Shown: one piece after another, positions 25,735-37,707 of the stretch
How the letters are laid out: each line of letters starts with the position of its first letter
How positions within the stretch are numbered: position 1 is the first letter of the stretch
From: Leucoraja erinacea
Lineage: Eukaryota
DNA length: 64,000 nucleotides
Direction: 5' to 3'
Assembly: GCF_028641065.1 (NCBI RefSeq)
Contig: NC_073378.1
Span: 14,942,001 to 15,006,000, forward strand
The notes under the pieces: generated by a model
Databases searched by the model: none
What the model saw: only the letters and a program-made list of their open reading frames with translations
What the model was told of the DNA's origin: nothing
Translations under genes and position numbers: made by a program

Positions 25735-27510
25735 CCTTCAGGAGACCGTGGCTGACAAGGGAAATGAAGGACAATATAAAAATAAAGTATAGCAAAGGTG
25801 AGCGGGAAGCCAGAGGATTAGGAACATTTTAAAGAGCAACAGAAGATAACTAAAAAGGCAATACATAGAGAAAAAATAAGGTACGAAGATAAGCTAGCCA
25901 AGAATATAAAGGAGGATAGTAAATGTTTCTTTGGGTATGTGAAGAGGAAAACATTAGTTAAGACAAATGTGGGTCCCTTGAAGACAGAAACAGGTGAATT
26001 TATTATGGAGTTTAGAAGGATGAGAGGGATGCACTAGTGGCCAGATGCACTAGTGGCCAGAGGACCTAGGGTGATGGAGGAAGTGAAGGGAATTGACATT
26101 AGGCAGAAAATGGTGTTGGGACTGAATGCTTACAAATCCCCAGGGAATGATAGTTTGCATCCCAGGGTAATAAAGAGGTGGCTCTAGAAATCGTGGACGC
26201 ATTGGTGATCATTTTCCAATGTTCTATAGATTCAGGATCAGTTCCTGTGGATTGGAGGGTAGCTAATGTTATCCCACTTTTTAAGAAAGGAGGGAGAGAG
26301 AAAACAGGGAATTATAGACCAGTTAGCCTGACATCGGTGGTGGGGAAGATGCTGGAGTCACTTATAAAAGATGAAAGAGCGGCACATTTGGATAGCAGTA
26401 ACAGGATTGGTCGGAGTCAGCATGGATTTACAAAGGGGAAATTATACTTGAATAACCTTCTGGAATTTTTTGAGGATGTAACTAGGAAAATTGACAAAGG
26501 AGAGCCAGTGGTTGTAGTGTACCTGGACTTTCAGAAAGCATTTGATAAGGTCCCAAATAAGAGAATAGTGGGCAAAATTAGAACACATGGTATTGGGGGT
26601 AGGGTACTGACATGGATATAAAATTAGTTGGCAGACAGGAAACAAAGAGTGGGGATTAACAGGTCCCTTTCAGAATGGCAGGCAGTGACTAGTGGGGTAT
26701 CGCAAGGCTCGGTGCTGGGACCGCAGCTATTTACAATATACATTAATGGTTTAGATGAAGGGATTAAAAGTAACATTAGCAAATTTGCAGATGACACAAA
26801 GCTAGTGTGAACTGTGAGGAGGATGCTATGAGGATGCAGGGTGAATTGGACAGGTTGTGGGAGTGGGCAGATGCATGGCAGATGCAGTTTAATGTGGACA
26901 AATGTGGCGTTATCCACTTTGGTGGCAAGAACAGGAAGGCAGATTATTATCTGAATGGTGTGAAGTTAGGAAATGGGGAAATACAACGAGATCTGGTTGT
27001 CCTTGTACATCAGTCACTGAAAGTAAGTATGCAGGTACAGCAGGCAGTGAAGAAAGCTAATGGTATGTTGGCCTTCATAACAAGAGGAGTTCAGTAAAGG
27101 AGCAAAGAGGTCCTTTTGCAGTTGTACAGGGCCCTGGAGAGACCACACCTCTAGAGTTTTGGTCTCCAAATGTGTGCAGTTTTGGTCTCCAAATTTGAGG
27201 AAGGACATTCGTGCTATTGAGGAAGTGCAGCGTAGGTTCACCAGGTTGATTCCTGGCATGGCTGGACTGTCATATGCTGAGAGAATGGAGCGACTGGGCT
27301 TGTATACTTTGAAACATATAAGATTATTAAGGGTTTGGACATGCTAGAGGCAGGAAAAATGTTCCCGATGTTTGGGGAAGGCAAAACGAAGGGCCATGGG
27401 GAGAAGGCAGGAACGGGCTACTGATTGTGGATGATCGGCCATGATCACAGTGAATGGCGGTGCTGGCTTGAAGGGCCGAATGGTCTGCTCCTGCATCTAT
27501 TCTCTCTTGT
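25735..27510 (+). mobile_element. 5'-truncated CR1-clade LINE, decayed RT
   Basis: ORFs 26178, 26628, 26807, 27159: NYRPVSLTSVVGK, YLDFQKAFDKV, QGSVLGP, FADDTK; 3'UTR at ~27400-27510. Confidence 0.95.
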
Positions 27511-28366
27511 CTATTAAGGAGAGGATTAGCAGGTCAATGAGGTCCTTGCACACAGAAATGGGAGCATTTGTACTGAAAATATGGAAATAAGAGAGATTAA
27601 CGCACTGAAAATAAGATATTAAGCAAAAGTCGTGTCTGCCTTCATGGAAGAAACTGAAAACCACTCTGAAACCATGGAGGGCTACAATTCTAAACAAGCG
27701 GCCCCATTAAAATTAACAACAATATCAGAGAAATTAATAGGACTGAGAAGCACGAGGTCCCCAAATCATGATGACCTATGTCCCAGGATTTTGAAGGAGG
27801 CAGCTATGAAGAAAGCAGATGCCATACAAAATTCTTAGATTCTACAGCTTGCTGCATTTAGCAGGGAACATGGATGAGATCCAAGAAAAATATGAGAAAC
27901 AGGACCTTATACCAAAATCTGAAATTATTTTTTTGAAATATAAGGTTAATTTAAAAAAAAATTGAAATAATAGCTTTATTAAAATCTCTACTCACAGATT
28001 ATAACTCTGAAGTTAGGAAACAAATCTTTTTGGACTGAATAAATTAATCATCTAATGTCTAATCGAGCTTCTCCACCATAGGCTGGACGTCTCTGAAGAT
28101 CTCGGCTCGGACTTAAAGAATGAGCTAATCCTCAAGTGCTCACCATTCCTGGTCAAATCTTTGCCTTTCCATGTAGCATGAAATGAGTTGATCCAAGCCT
28201 CTTTGAAAGTTGATACTCCTTTCTATGACAGTATCAACGCCCAAATTTCAAACCTCACCCAATGATCCATGAATGGTTACTGCAGTAAACGCTGTCTTAG
28301 CAGGCTCTGTCTCGTTCTCACCCTAGTTCCCTGCTAAATGCAGCAAGCTGCTCGGGTTTCTTGTTT

Positions 28367-28575
28367 TTAAGAAGGAACTGCAGATGCTGGAAAATCGAAG
28401 GTACAAAAAAAAACTGGAGAAACTCAGCGGGTGCAGCAACAGAAAAAGGCAACGTTTCGGGCCGAAACCCTTCTTCAGTCTGAAGAAGGGTTTCGGCCTG
28501 AAACGTTGCCTTTTTCCTTCGCTCCATAGATGCTGCTGCACCCGCTGAGTTTCTCCAGCTTTTTTGTGTAGCTTC
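28367..28575. mobile_element. Palindromic Penelope-derived mini-element with 15-bp TSD
   Basis: Inverted arms; tcgggtttcttgttt at 28352-28366 and 28574-28588. Confidence 0.82.
28480..28507 (+). ncRNA. Minimal type I hammerhead-like core (mirror copy on minus strand at 28451-28478)
   Basis: CTGAAGA-a-gggtttcggcct-GAAAC-GTT; palindromic ACGT stem III; stem I weak. Confidence 0.55.
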
Positions 28576-29249
28576 GGGTTTCTTGTTTGTTGCTTCCTGC
28601 TGGTGGAAATTGATCAGCTTAAGCACCTCCCCATTCTTGGCTGTCAAATTCCTCCCATCTGTTTGGCCAGCTTCACAACCTTAGTGATTTAAGTGTTGAT
28701 GGTGGTGATGCCTCAACAGTCATTAATGAATTCATGGCAACATTTATGCCAACAGGCCTTAAAAATTAAAAGTTTGACTGGCTTCTCAGCCACCTGGATA
28801 ATGTTGATGCACTGAAAATGTTTCATTGTTTCCAAAACTGATAGATATGTCAGCTGTGTCGTCAAATGTATCCAGTGCCTCTCCTTTGAACATCTTTGTG
28901 TAAGAAATTTTAATGGAGGCAGATTGAAAAAGTGAGTGCATTCATTTATCCGTGGTAAATACCAAGAACTCAGGTTTAAAATTGTTTGGACTTTTCTTCA
29001 TCATCAGATCCCAATTACATATTGCAGGTAAAATTCCTGAACAGTGAATGCTTGGTATTGCCATTATTTCCTCCACTTAAGATGCTTTAGCTCTAATTGC
29101 TGTGCCATTGAGAACTGATCCTCTTCCATTAATTATCTCATTGACCCAAAGATAGAATAGTTTCCCAACCTTATTGCATTGAGGAATTTGTGGCATTAAA
29201 TAAACTTTTGAACTTGGTTTTTGCTTTCACAGACTATTTTAGAAATAAA

Positions 29250-29690
29250 GCAAAAACAAGTGCTGGATTAATTCGGTGGGTCTGGCAACATTTCTGGAAA
29301 GTATGGATAGGTGACATTTTGGGTCTGGACCCTTCTTCAGACTGATTGTAAAGGGAGGGGGTTGAAGACAGCAGGGTGAGAGGAGGGGCAGGACAAAGCC
29401 TGACAGGTAATCACCTGATACAGATGAGGAGGGGGGTTGAATAGGCAGATGGTGGACAAAGATCAGAGATGAAAAGACAAGTGTGAGACAAAAGGAATGA
29501 AGAGTTGGTCATTGTGAAGCTAGAAGAAGGAATGTAGATGGAAGAGAAGGGGAGAAATCTAGGTAGGACACAGAGGGGAGGGGAGGGGAGAGGGGGGGGG
29601 TTATAAAATTGGAGAACTCAATGTTCATACCATTGGATTATAAGCTACCCAAACGGAATATGATGTGCTGTTCCTCTAGCTCGCTTGTGA
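29250..29690 (-). mobile_element. Penelope-derived element (GIY-YIG C-terminal remnant + hammerhead-like core)
   Basis: Complement of EQHIIFRLGSL..NGMNIEF at ~29610-29675; gtgacattttgggtctggacccttcttcag at ~29310-29340. Confidence 0.75.
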
Positions 29691-30014
29691 TATTTAGCAT
29701 TATTATTGTATGCACATTTGCATTGTTTAAATTATTTTGACAAACAACACATCAATATTAGTGATTTTCATTTATAGTAAATTGACATGATATTTTGAGC
29801 ACCATGTCATAAGCTTTTTTGATGTCACATTCACAAGTATGGCACGGAAGCCCTAAGCAAACTGGCTGGGATTTCAGCACCTAATTAGCTGCTGCATAAG
29901 CATGCGAACAGTGTGACTTGAATCTCTTCATTGCCTTTTTCCTGCATGCTCCATTATTGTCTGACTCGATAAATATCATGAAATTTATCTATCTCTGTAT
30001 AGACAAAATAACAC

Positions 30015-30214
30015 AGTAACTGAGCCACGCCGGGCTGGTGGAACGCCGACGCCGAACCCCGACGGTGAGCATCCTCCTCCTCAGCGGCCCGGACCTCCTG
30101 ATCAGCCGCCTCCCGCTGCCGGAGTCTGCAGCTCCTGAGTCCGCTGCTGGAGCTCCAGTCGATCCCGTCAGGAAAGGCCACGCCAATCCAGGTAGGTAGG
30201 CCGCTGTGGGGGGT

Positions 30215-30256
<42 letters not shown>

Positions 30257-30285
30257 GGACGCGACTACTCCGCGTCCTCACCACG
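30015..30285 (-). mobile_element. Internally deleted fragment of the GC-rich family (related to 60085-60880) with expanded poly-G
   Basis: Shares ccggagtctgc.gctcc, caggaaaggcc and gaggacgcgact with 60430-60691. Confidence 0.65.
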
Positions 30286-30909
30286 AGGATTATATCCACC
30301 ACCTGAATCAAGAAATTGGATTTCATAATACTGTAGTAATAAATTGCATACCCATTATTCTGAGTCTCTGACCCTTGATTCTCGGCTTGGCCAACGGAAA
30401 TGGAATCCCTGTTGAGCTCTGCAAGAATGTTGTACATTTCCATCAGATCTCTTTGCTCTGCTCCAAACTCCAGAGAATACTGGTTTAGTGTATTCAATTT
30501 CACCTTGTATGACTAGCCTGCCTTTGTCGGAAATGGAGTTGCACTCCCTCGAAGACAAGAGGATGTCTCCCAAGGTACAAAAACCCAGCAGATAAAGTGA
30601 TTCAGCTGCGGAAATGAAGTTATAGTTAATAGTTCAAAACAAAATGTTGCCAAATGTTTGGGAAATTACAGTACTAAGCAAAGGAGGATTTAGGAAATAA
30701 AACATGGAAAACTCGTATGATCTAGTGGGAAACAAAGACAGACTTAAAGTGTCTACAGTTGTGAAAAAAGCAAGATATTAGCAAAATAATAATGTGCAGT
30801 CCCTTAGAGACCAAGCAAAGAAATTGGAGAATAAGGAAAAGTCAGAAAAATGAAACAGATTCTGTGATTCTCTTCATGGAAGAAGGCAAATCTAACTTTG
30901 GATTAATGG

Positions 30910-31360
30910 AGTCCCTTTCCCACACTGACCTTTCTGTCCTGGGCCTCCTCCATTGTCAGACTGAGACCCAGTGCAAATTGAAGGAACAGCACCTCATATT
31001 TCACTATCGGTTTACACCCCAGCAATATGAATATTGACTTTTCGAACTTCAAGTAACCCTTGCTTTCCCTCTCCATCCCTTCCCCTTCCCAGTTCGGAAA
31101 CCAATATTATCTCAGAAACCATCTTATCACTGTTTACTTTGTTGTTACCTCCTAGCTAACAATGATCTATTCTACATTCTCCTTGATCTCCATCCCCTTT
31201 GACCTCTCGTTCCCACATCTTACACTTCCTTATCTATGCATCTCCCCCTGCCCCTCCCCTGACTCTCAGTCGGAAGAAGGGCTTTGACCCGAAAAGCCAC
31301 CCATTCTTTCCCTCCAGAGATGCTGCCTGTCCCACTGAGTTACACCATCATTTTGGGTCT
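30910..31360 (+). mobile_element. Penelope-derived element (GIY-YIG C-terminal remnant)
   Basis: SHTDLSVLGLLHCQTETQCKLKEQHLIF (ORF 30792); degenerate core cggaagaagggctttgacccgaaa at ~31270. Confidence 0.8.
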
Positions 31361-31837
31361 ATCATAGGTCTAGAGGCAATACAGTATTATTTCATTTGTC
31401 ACCAGAGCAAAGGGTGTGCTTGTAATTTGTTTTTTTGGGGGACCAACTTGGTCCACCTGAGGATGAGAGGAGTATATGTTTGCAAGAAGGAGCACAAATT
31501 TGATTCATTTTCTCCCAAGAGGGAATGTACATCCTGCCTGCTCTGGACATGGACATGTGTCTCTCTGCAAGGTCAAAATATGGTAATAAACAATTAGAAT
31601 CAAAAGTGCACACCAAAACCATACTTTAAAGTAAGCATCACATTTGTTCCTATTTTCACTTGTATAGCAAAAATATCATTCATGATTGTGCCAAGACTAA
31701 CGAACAGGAAGCAGCTTAAGAAACAGCGTTTAAAAGACATGTAGACAGGCACATAGATAGGACATGTTTAGAAAGGTGTGGGCCAAATGCAAGGAGATGG
31801 GACTAATGTAGATGGAACATATTGGGTCGAAGGGCCT

Positions 31838-33800
31838 GTCAAGTCAAGTTTATTTGTCACATACACATACGGGATGTGCAGTGCAATGAAAAGTGGCAAT
31901 GCTCGCAGATTGTGCAAACAAACTACAAAACAAAATGGAATAGAATCACATATTCACATATTATATATTTGTGGGAGGAAAAAAAAGGAAAAACAACAAT
32001 TTTAAAAAGACACCACACAACAGAAAATTGGTACAGTAAAGTTAGTCCCTGGTGAGATAGCAGTTTACAGTCCTAATGGCCTCTGAGAAGAAACTCCTTC
32101 TCATCCTCTCTGTTTTCACAGCATGGCAACGGAGGCGTTTGCCTGACCGTAGCAGCTGGAACAGTCCGTTGCTGGGGTGGAAGGGGTCTCCCATTATCTT
32201 GTTGGCTCTGGAGTTGCACCTTCTGATGTATAGTTCCTGCAGAGGGGCGAGTATAGTTCCCATAGTGCGTTCGGCTGAACGCACTACTCTCTGCAGAGCC
32301 TTCTTGTCCTGGGCAGAGCAGTAGGGGGCTGAAGATGCAACCCTGGAGGCGATCCTGTGCTCATGGTGAGGGACTTTGATGTATTTCCTCCCATCTTGAC
32401 TACCTGGGACCTGGTGGTGAGAAAGTCCAGGACCCAGGCACACAGGGGGATGTTGAGCCCCAGTTCCAGCAGCTTCTCAGCAAGTCTGGTGGGGACAATC
32501 GTGTTGAAGGCTGAACTGAAGTCTATGAACAGCATCCTCACATAGCCCCCCTTCTGGCTGTCAAGATGAGAGAGAGTGGTGTGCAGAACCTGGGAGTCCA
32601 CATCATCCGTGGATCTGTTCGGACGATATGCAAATTGTAGTGGGTTCATGTTGCGAGGGAGGAAGGCGCAGATGTGATTCTTCACCAGCCTCTCAAAGCA
32701 TTTCATGACTACCGAGGTGAGGGCCACCGGACGGTAGTCATTCAGACAGGCTGGGGAGGCATTTTTAGGTACAGGCACAATGATGGATTTTTTGAAGCAG
32801 GCAGGGACCACGGACTTGGCCAGGGTGAGGTTGAATATTGTAGTGAGCACCGGAGCTAGCTGCGTAGCACAGGACTTAAGTACTCGCCCCGAGATGCCAT
32901 ATGGGCCATACGGGCAGCTTTCCTCGTGTTCACCCGTGTCAGAGCCCTCCTCACATCGTGCTCGGACAACGTGAATATGTGCACATTCCTCCCCTCAGCT
33001 TCGATAGCCAGCACGCTGGCGGTATTGTCGTTAGTCGGCAGACCTGGGGTGATGTTGCCCGTCTCGAAACGAGCGTAAAAGGAGTTCAGGTCATCAGCTA
33101 GGGAGGTGTCGGAACTTCCGGTTGATGGGGGGGCTGCTCCGGTAGTTGGTTACAGTCCGTAGCCACTGCCACAGGCGTCTGGTGCCCTGCTGCTCCATCT
33201 GTGACTCCATCTTGTCTCTGTACTTCCTTTTTACGTCCTTCACCGCCCTTCGCAGTCGGTAGGACTCTACCTTGTAGACGTCCATATTTCCGGACGCCAG
33301 GCCCGAGTTGTAGGCAGCGGTGCGAGCATTCAAGGCAACACGAACGGACCTGTCCACCCAGGGTTTTGATTCGGAAAGGTGCTAACCCTTACCGTGGGGA
33401 CGATGTGTCGGCTATTGGTGCGATGCAGTCCGTGACTGCTTCTGCGAACTCACTGCCGTCAGTGGAACTTGCTTGGAACATATTCCAGTCGACATCTGTC
33501 AATGCATCATGCAGCATGGTCCCTGACTGGTCGGACCACCGCTTTACGTCCCTCGTCACTGCCGCTTCCCGAACTATCCTCTGTTTGTACTCCGGCAGCA
33601 GGAAAATGGCAGCGTGGTCAAATTTTCCTAAGGGAGGGAGCGAAACGGCCTTGTAGCCCTTCCGGAACGGCGTATAGCAGTGGTCCAGTGTTCTCTCCCC
33701 CCTGGTGGCACATGTGATGTGTTGGTAGAAGTCCGGCATGACCTTCTTGTGATTTCATTTATTAAAATCTCCAGCCACCACCATAGCCGCATCCGGGTTC
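31838..33800 (-). mobile_element. Rex1/Babar LINE, EN-RT with internal deletion of the RT core at ~32325
   Basis: [44 protein letters not shown]; (cttga)n tail. Confidence 0.93.
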
Positions 33801-33994
33801 AACGCTGTAAGACTGACTATTAACAGGATTGCATGGAGCCTTAATGAAACAATTATTGCCATATCTGGCTGGATCATGCATTAATTTTAGGCTTCTCTAT
33901 TCCAGACAAGTTCTGCGGTAACTCTTTCCACTATCAATGTTCTTAATCCCTTCCTTCCACAATCAGTTCCAACACATGCGAGAAACTCACATTT

Positions 33995-35290
33995 ATTGTA
34001 TTGTATATCTTTATTGTCATTTCCTGAGTATTCACATACCCAGAAGAAACAAAAAAACGTTGCTCAACCAGTGTCCATTCAGTGTGCATTAAAAATAAAT
34101 AGAAATAAAAATACATATATCATGAACAAATTAAACACTTTACTCTCTACTAAACATCAACAGGCGTTCCGATCGGCAGCGGCACGACAGTGGCTCTGCT
34201 GCAGTGTGTCCAGGTTGGTGGTTGGTGCGCGATACTTTGGCAGGGGGCAAAGTCCGTTTATCAGTCTTATAGCCTGCGGGAAGAAGCTGAGGAGCATCCT
34301 GCTGGTTTTGCAGCTAATGCTCCTGTACCTCTTCCCAGATGGCAGGATGGTGAATATGTGATGCGATGGGTGGTAGGGGTCTTTGATGATGGAGATGGCT
34401 GCTGATACATCTCTTCCTCTATATGTCTAGCAGGAAAGGGAGTGGAGCACCAATAATCCTGCTGGCGGTCTTCACAATCCTGTCTAGTTGGTGCCGTTCG
34501 TACGCCTTGCAGCTCCCAAACCAGGAAGTGATGCCGTAGGTCAATGTGCTCTCGATTGTCCACCTATAAAAAGTCCGTAGGTGTGTAGTGGGGAGACCTG
34601 CTTTACGTAGTCTTCGGAGAGGGTGTAGTCGCTGCTGGGCTCTCTTGACCAGTGCTGTGGTGTTGGCCGTGGACGTCAGGTCATCTGACAGGTGGAGTCC
34701 TAGGAACTTCACGCTGCTGACCCTTTCCACATCAGCTCCATCGATGTGCAGAGGTGTATGGTGTTGTTTTCCCGCCCTCCTGAAGTCAACCACCATCTCC
34801 TTAGTTTTTCCCACGTTGAGAATGAGGTTGTGGGATTTGCACCATCCTGTGAGCAGCTCCACCTCCATCCTGTACGCCGACTCATCATTGTCACTGATGA
34901 GACCCACCACTGTTGTGTCATCAGCGAACTTGTTGATGAAGTTGTTGTTGAGTCTAGCAGTACAGTCGTGTGTCAGCAGACTAAACAGCAGGGGGCTTAG
35001 GACACAGCCTTGGGGTGAGCCAGTGCTCACGGCTATGGTTTTTGATGTCCTACTGCCCACCCTGACTGTCTGCTGCCGTTGCGATAGAAAGTTCAGGACC
35101 CAGTTGCATGTGCCAGCATCAACCCCCAATAGCTCCAACTTCTCCACCAGCTGCTGCGGAATGATTGTGTTAAAAGCAGAGCTGAAGTCTATGAAGAGGA
35201 TCCTGGCATAAGTATTTTTCCGATCAAGGTGTGACAGTACGAGGTTCAGTGTTGTTGAGACTGCGTCCTCTGTGGATCGGTTGGCAAGAA
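33995..35290 (-). mobile_element. 5'-truncated Rex1/Babar LINE (RT)
   Basis: ORF 34419..35294: [26 protein letters not shown]; (tacaa)n tail. Confidence 0.95.
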
Positions 35291-36735
35291 TCAACAGTCA
35301 AAAGCATTTTATTGTCATATGTACCGAAACATAGCAATGAAATTCTCACTTGCAGCAGCAGCAGAACAGCAGGTTTGTAAACACAGTACTCAATAGATAA
35401 TACAATAAACAAACAAAAAAATAAGTTTAATAAATAAAAATCCCATATAGTACAACATACCCAATAAAGCTCAAAGTCCCTAGGAAGTTTGGAGTTAAGT
35501 TGGAGTTGATAATGTTCAATAACCTGATAGTTGTTGTGAAGAACAGGTTCCTGAACCTGGATGTTACTGTTTTCAGACTCCTATATCTTCTTTGGATTGT
35601 TTTCTGATGCCGGAGGTTGCGGGGAAATCTGGTAGAAGCATATAAAATTATGAGATGCATAGATAGGATAGATGGTCAGAATCTGAAGAAAGGTCCCGAC
35701 CCAAAGTAAAGATCGATATCTGTGAATACTTCCGTCTGAAGAAAGGTTCCAACCCAAAATATCACCTATCCATGCTCTCCAGGGACTGCTGAGTTAGTCC
35801 AGCACAGTGTGTTTTTATTGTAAACCAACATCTGCAGTTCCTTGTTTCTGTAGTCAGAATCTTTTTCCCAAGATAGAAACATCAAATACTCGAGGGCATA
35901 GCTTTAAGGTGCTAGGGCCACAATGAGATGTGTGGAGCAAGTTGTTTTACACAGAGGGGTGATGAATGCTCAGGGGGTGGTGGGGTCGGGGGTGGTGTTT
36001 GAACCGGATACGTTAGTGGGAATCAAAATACTTTTGGCTAGGCATATGGATATGCAGGGAATGGAGGGAAATGGGTTATGTGCAAGTTGACAAGTGATGG
36101 TCTAGGCATAGTGTTTAGCACAGACATTGTGGGCCGAAAGACCTGTTCCTCTTTATAAATATTTTGGCATCTGGCAGGATAAGCTGAAATTGGAGTGTAA
36201 CCACATTTGAATGACACTTAGAAGCACTGGGAGTATAAAAGGGTATTGTACTTGATAAATTAAGAAAAAAGTTGATGTTACTGCATGATGAAGGGCAATT
36301 GTTTATCCTGTTGTCTGACTATATTCATCCATTGACAACACTCAGTGACCTTGTATGCTGTACAGTGGCAGTGAACAATTGTAATCATTTTTTCAAAATA
36401 TTGCCTTTTTGAATTTAAAGCAATGCATCTTTTCAATTTGGCAGCAGTTTCTAGGAATGTAAGATGGATTGGTTTCTTCACACTGGAGTTTTCCTTGTAG
36501 ATTAAATTGCATTAATTTTTAATTATTCTTCACAATGTTTTGATGTGCGATAATTCTTTCTGTCAACAGATTGCTTTATAAGAATTTTGAAATTATTTCT
36601 CTCTGCACAAGAGCTTCCGTGCGTTGTGTAGTCTCCTCGCCATATTGCCAGTGGAAGATATTCCTGGTATTTGAGAGGCAGCGGCCATGTCACATTGAAA
36701 TATGAGTAAACATGATCATTTTCTCTCTTTCGCAG

Positions 36736-36932
36736 ATGTTTGTCAGGACTTTATTTGATTATGACCCTAATGAGGATAAAGTTATTCCATGCAAAGAAGC
36801 TGGGCTTTCTTTCAAGAACGGAGATATTCTTCAGATCGTTAGCCAGGATGATGCAACCTGGTGGCAGGCCAAGCAAGAGTGTGATGCCAATCTGAGAGCA
36901 GCACTGATCCCATCAAAGCAGTTCCAAGAGAG
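36736..36932 (+). CDS. MPP7: MPP7-like exon, SH3 domain: [65 protein letters not shown](R)
   Basis: Polypyrimidine tract + cgcAG|...|GTaacc; 197 nt, phase 0-2; MAGUK SH3 motifs LFDY, IPC, WWQA, LIPS; follows a 27.2-kb intron. Confidence 0.96.
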
Positions 36933-37189
36933 GTAACCACCACATAAACAGCCTTCAGGCTGCTACAGTAATACAATAAACTCCATAAGCATGGTTTCAT
37001 GCCAAAAATGCACAATGGAATGAGATCCATTACAAATTGTTTTCTGAATATACATTTGATAACAGAATGCCATATAGTAATGATACAGGCCATTCATTCC
37101 TCTGTCCATGCTGGCCATGTTACACTATCAACATTTCATTCTTCCCACATCTCCATCAACTTGCCCCAAATCCTATCTTTCAACTAGCA

Positions 37190-37365
37190 CTAAGAGGCAA
37201 TTTACAGTAGCCAATTAAACTATCACATATTCCATTTGGGGAGAACCCATACGGCCACAGGAAGAACATGCAAACTCCACCCAGATAGCACAGGGAGTCA
37301 GGATTGAACCCGAATCACTGGAACTGTGAGACAACACATCTTCCTGTTGGGCTACTGTGCTGTCC
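37190..37365 (-). mobile_element. Degenerate V-SINE/HE1-like SINE
   Basis: gaacatgcaaactccac and ggattgaacccg complement motifs. Confidence 0.65.
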
Positions 37366-37642
37366 ACATATAGTATGTAAATAATACAAGTCAATATAAA
37401 AATCCTTGTGAGTTCCTCATATCTGGTTTATGCTGTTGAGAATAAAGACAATAGACAATAGAAAAACACATGGAAAACACAACTGTTTCTTGGCATCACT
37501 TGGATAGCTTGTGGATTTGTTCTGTCTGCAGTAAAAGCAAATATTTTGCATTAAAATAATGTTGTGATATTTGTTAAAGGTTTTCTGTACTTTTATCTGC
37601 CACTGGTTCACTATTGACAGATTTGTCACTGGCTTCTTGCAG

Positions 37643-37707
37643 GAGATTTGCACTTCGAAGACCTGTGGCATTTGTTCAGCCACAAAGGAATTCCAATAGA
37701 CGATCAT
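37643..37707 (+). CDS. MPP7: MPP7-like exon, HOOK start: (R)RFALRRPVAFVQPQRNSNRRS
   Basis: ttgcAG|...|GTAAGT; 65 nt, phase 2-1; resembles recalled human RLALRRPEILVQPLKVSNRKS. Confidence 0.92.

Noticed and set aside
30168-30503. Poly-proline ORF
   Set aside because: Translation of a poly-G run joined to decayed CR1 sequence.
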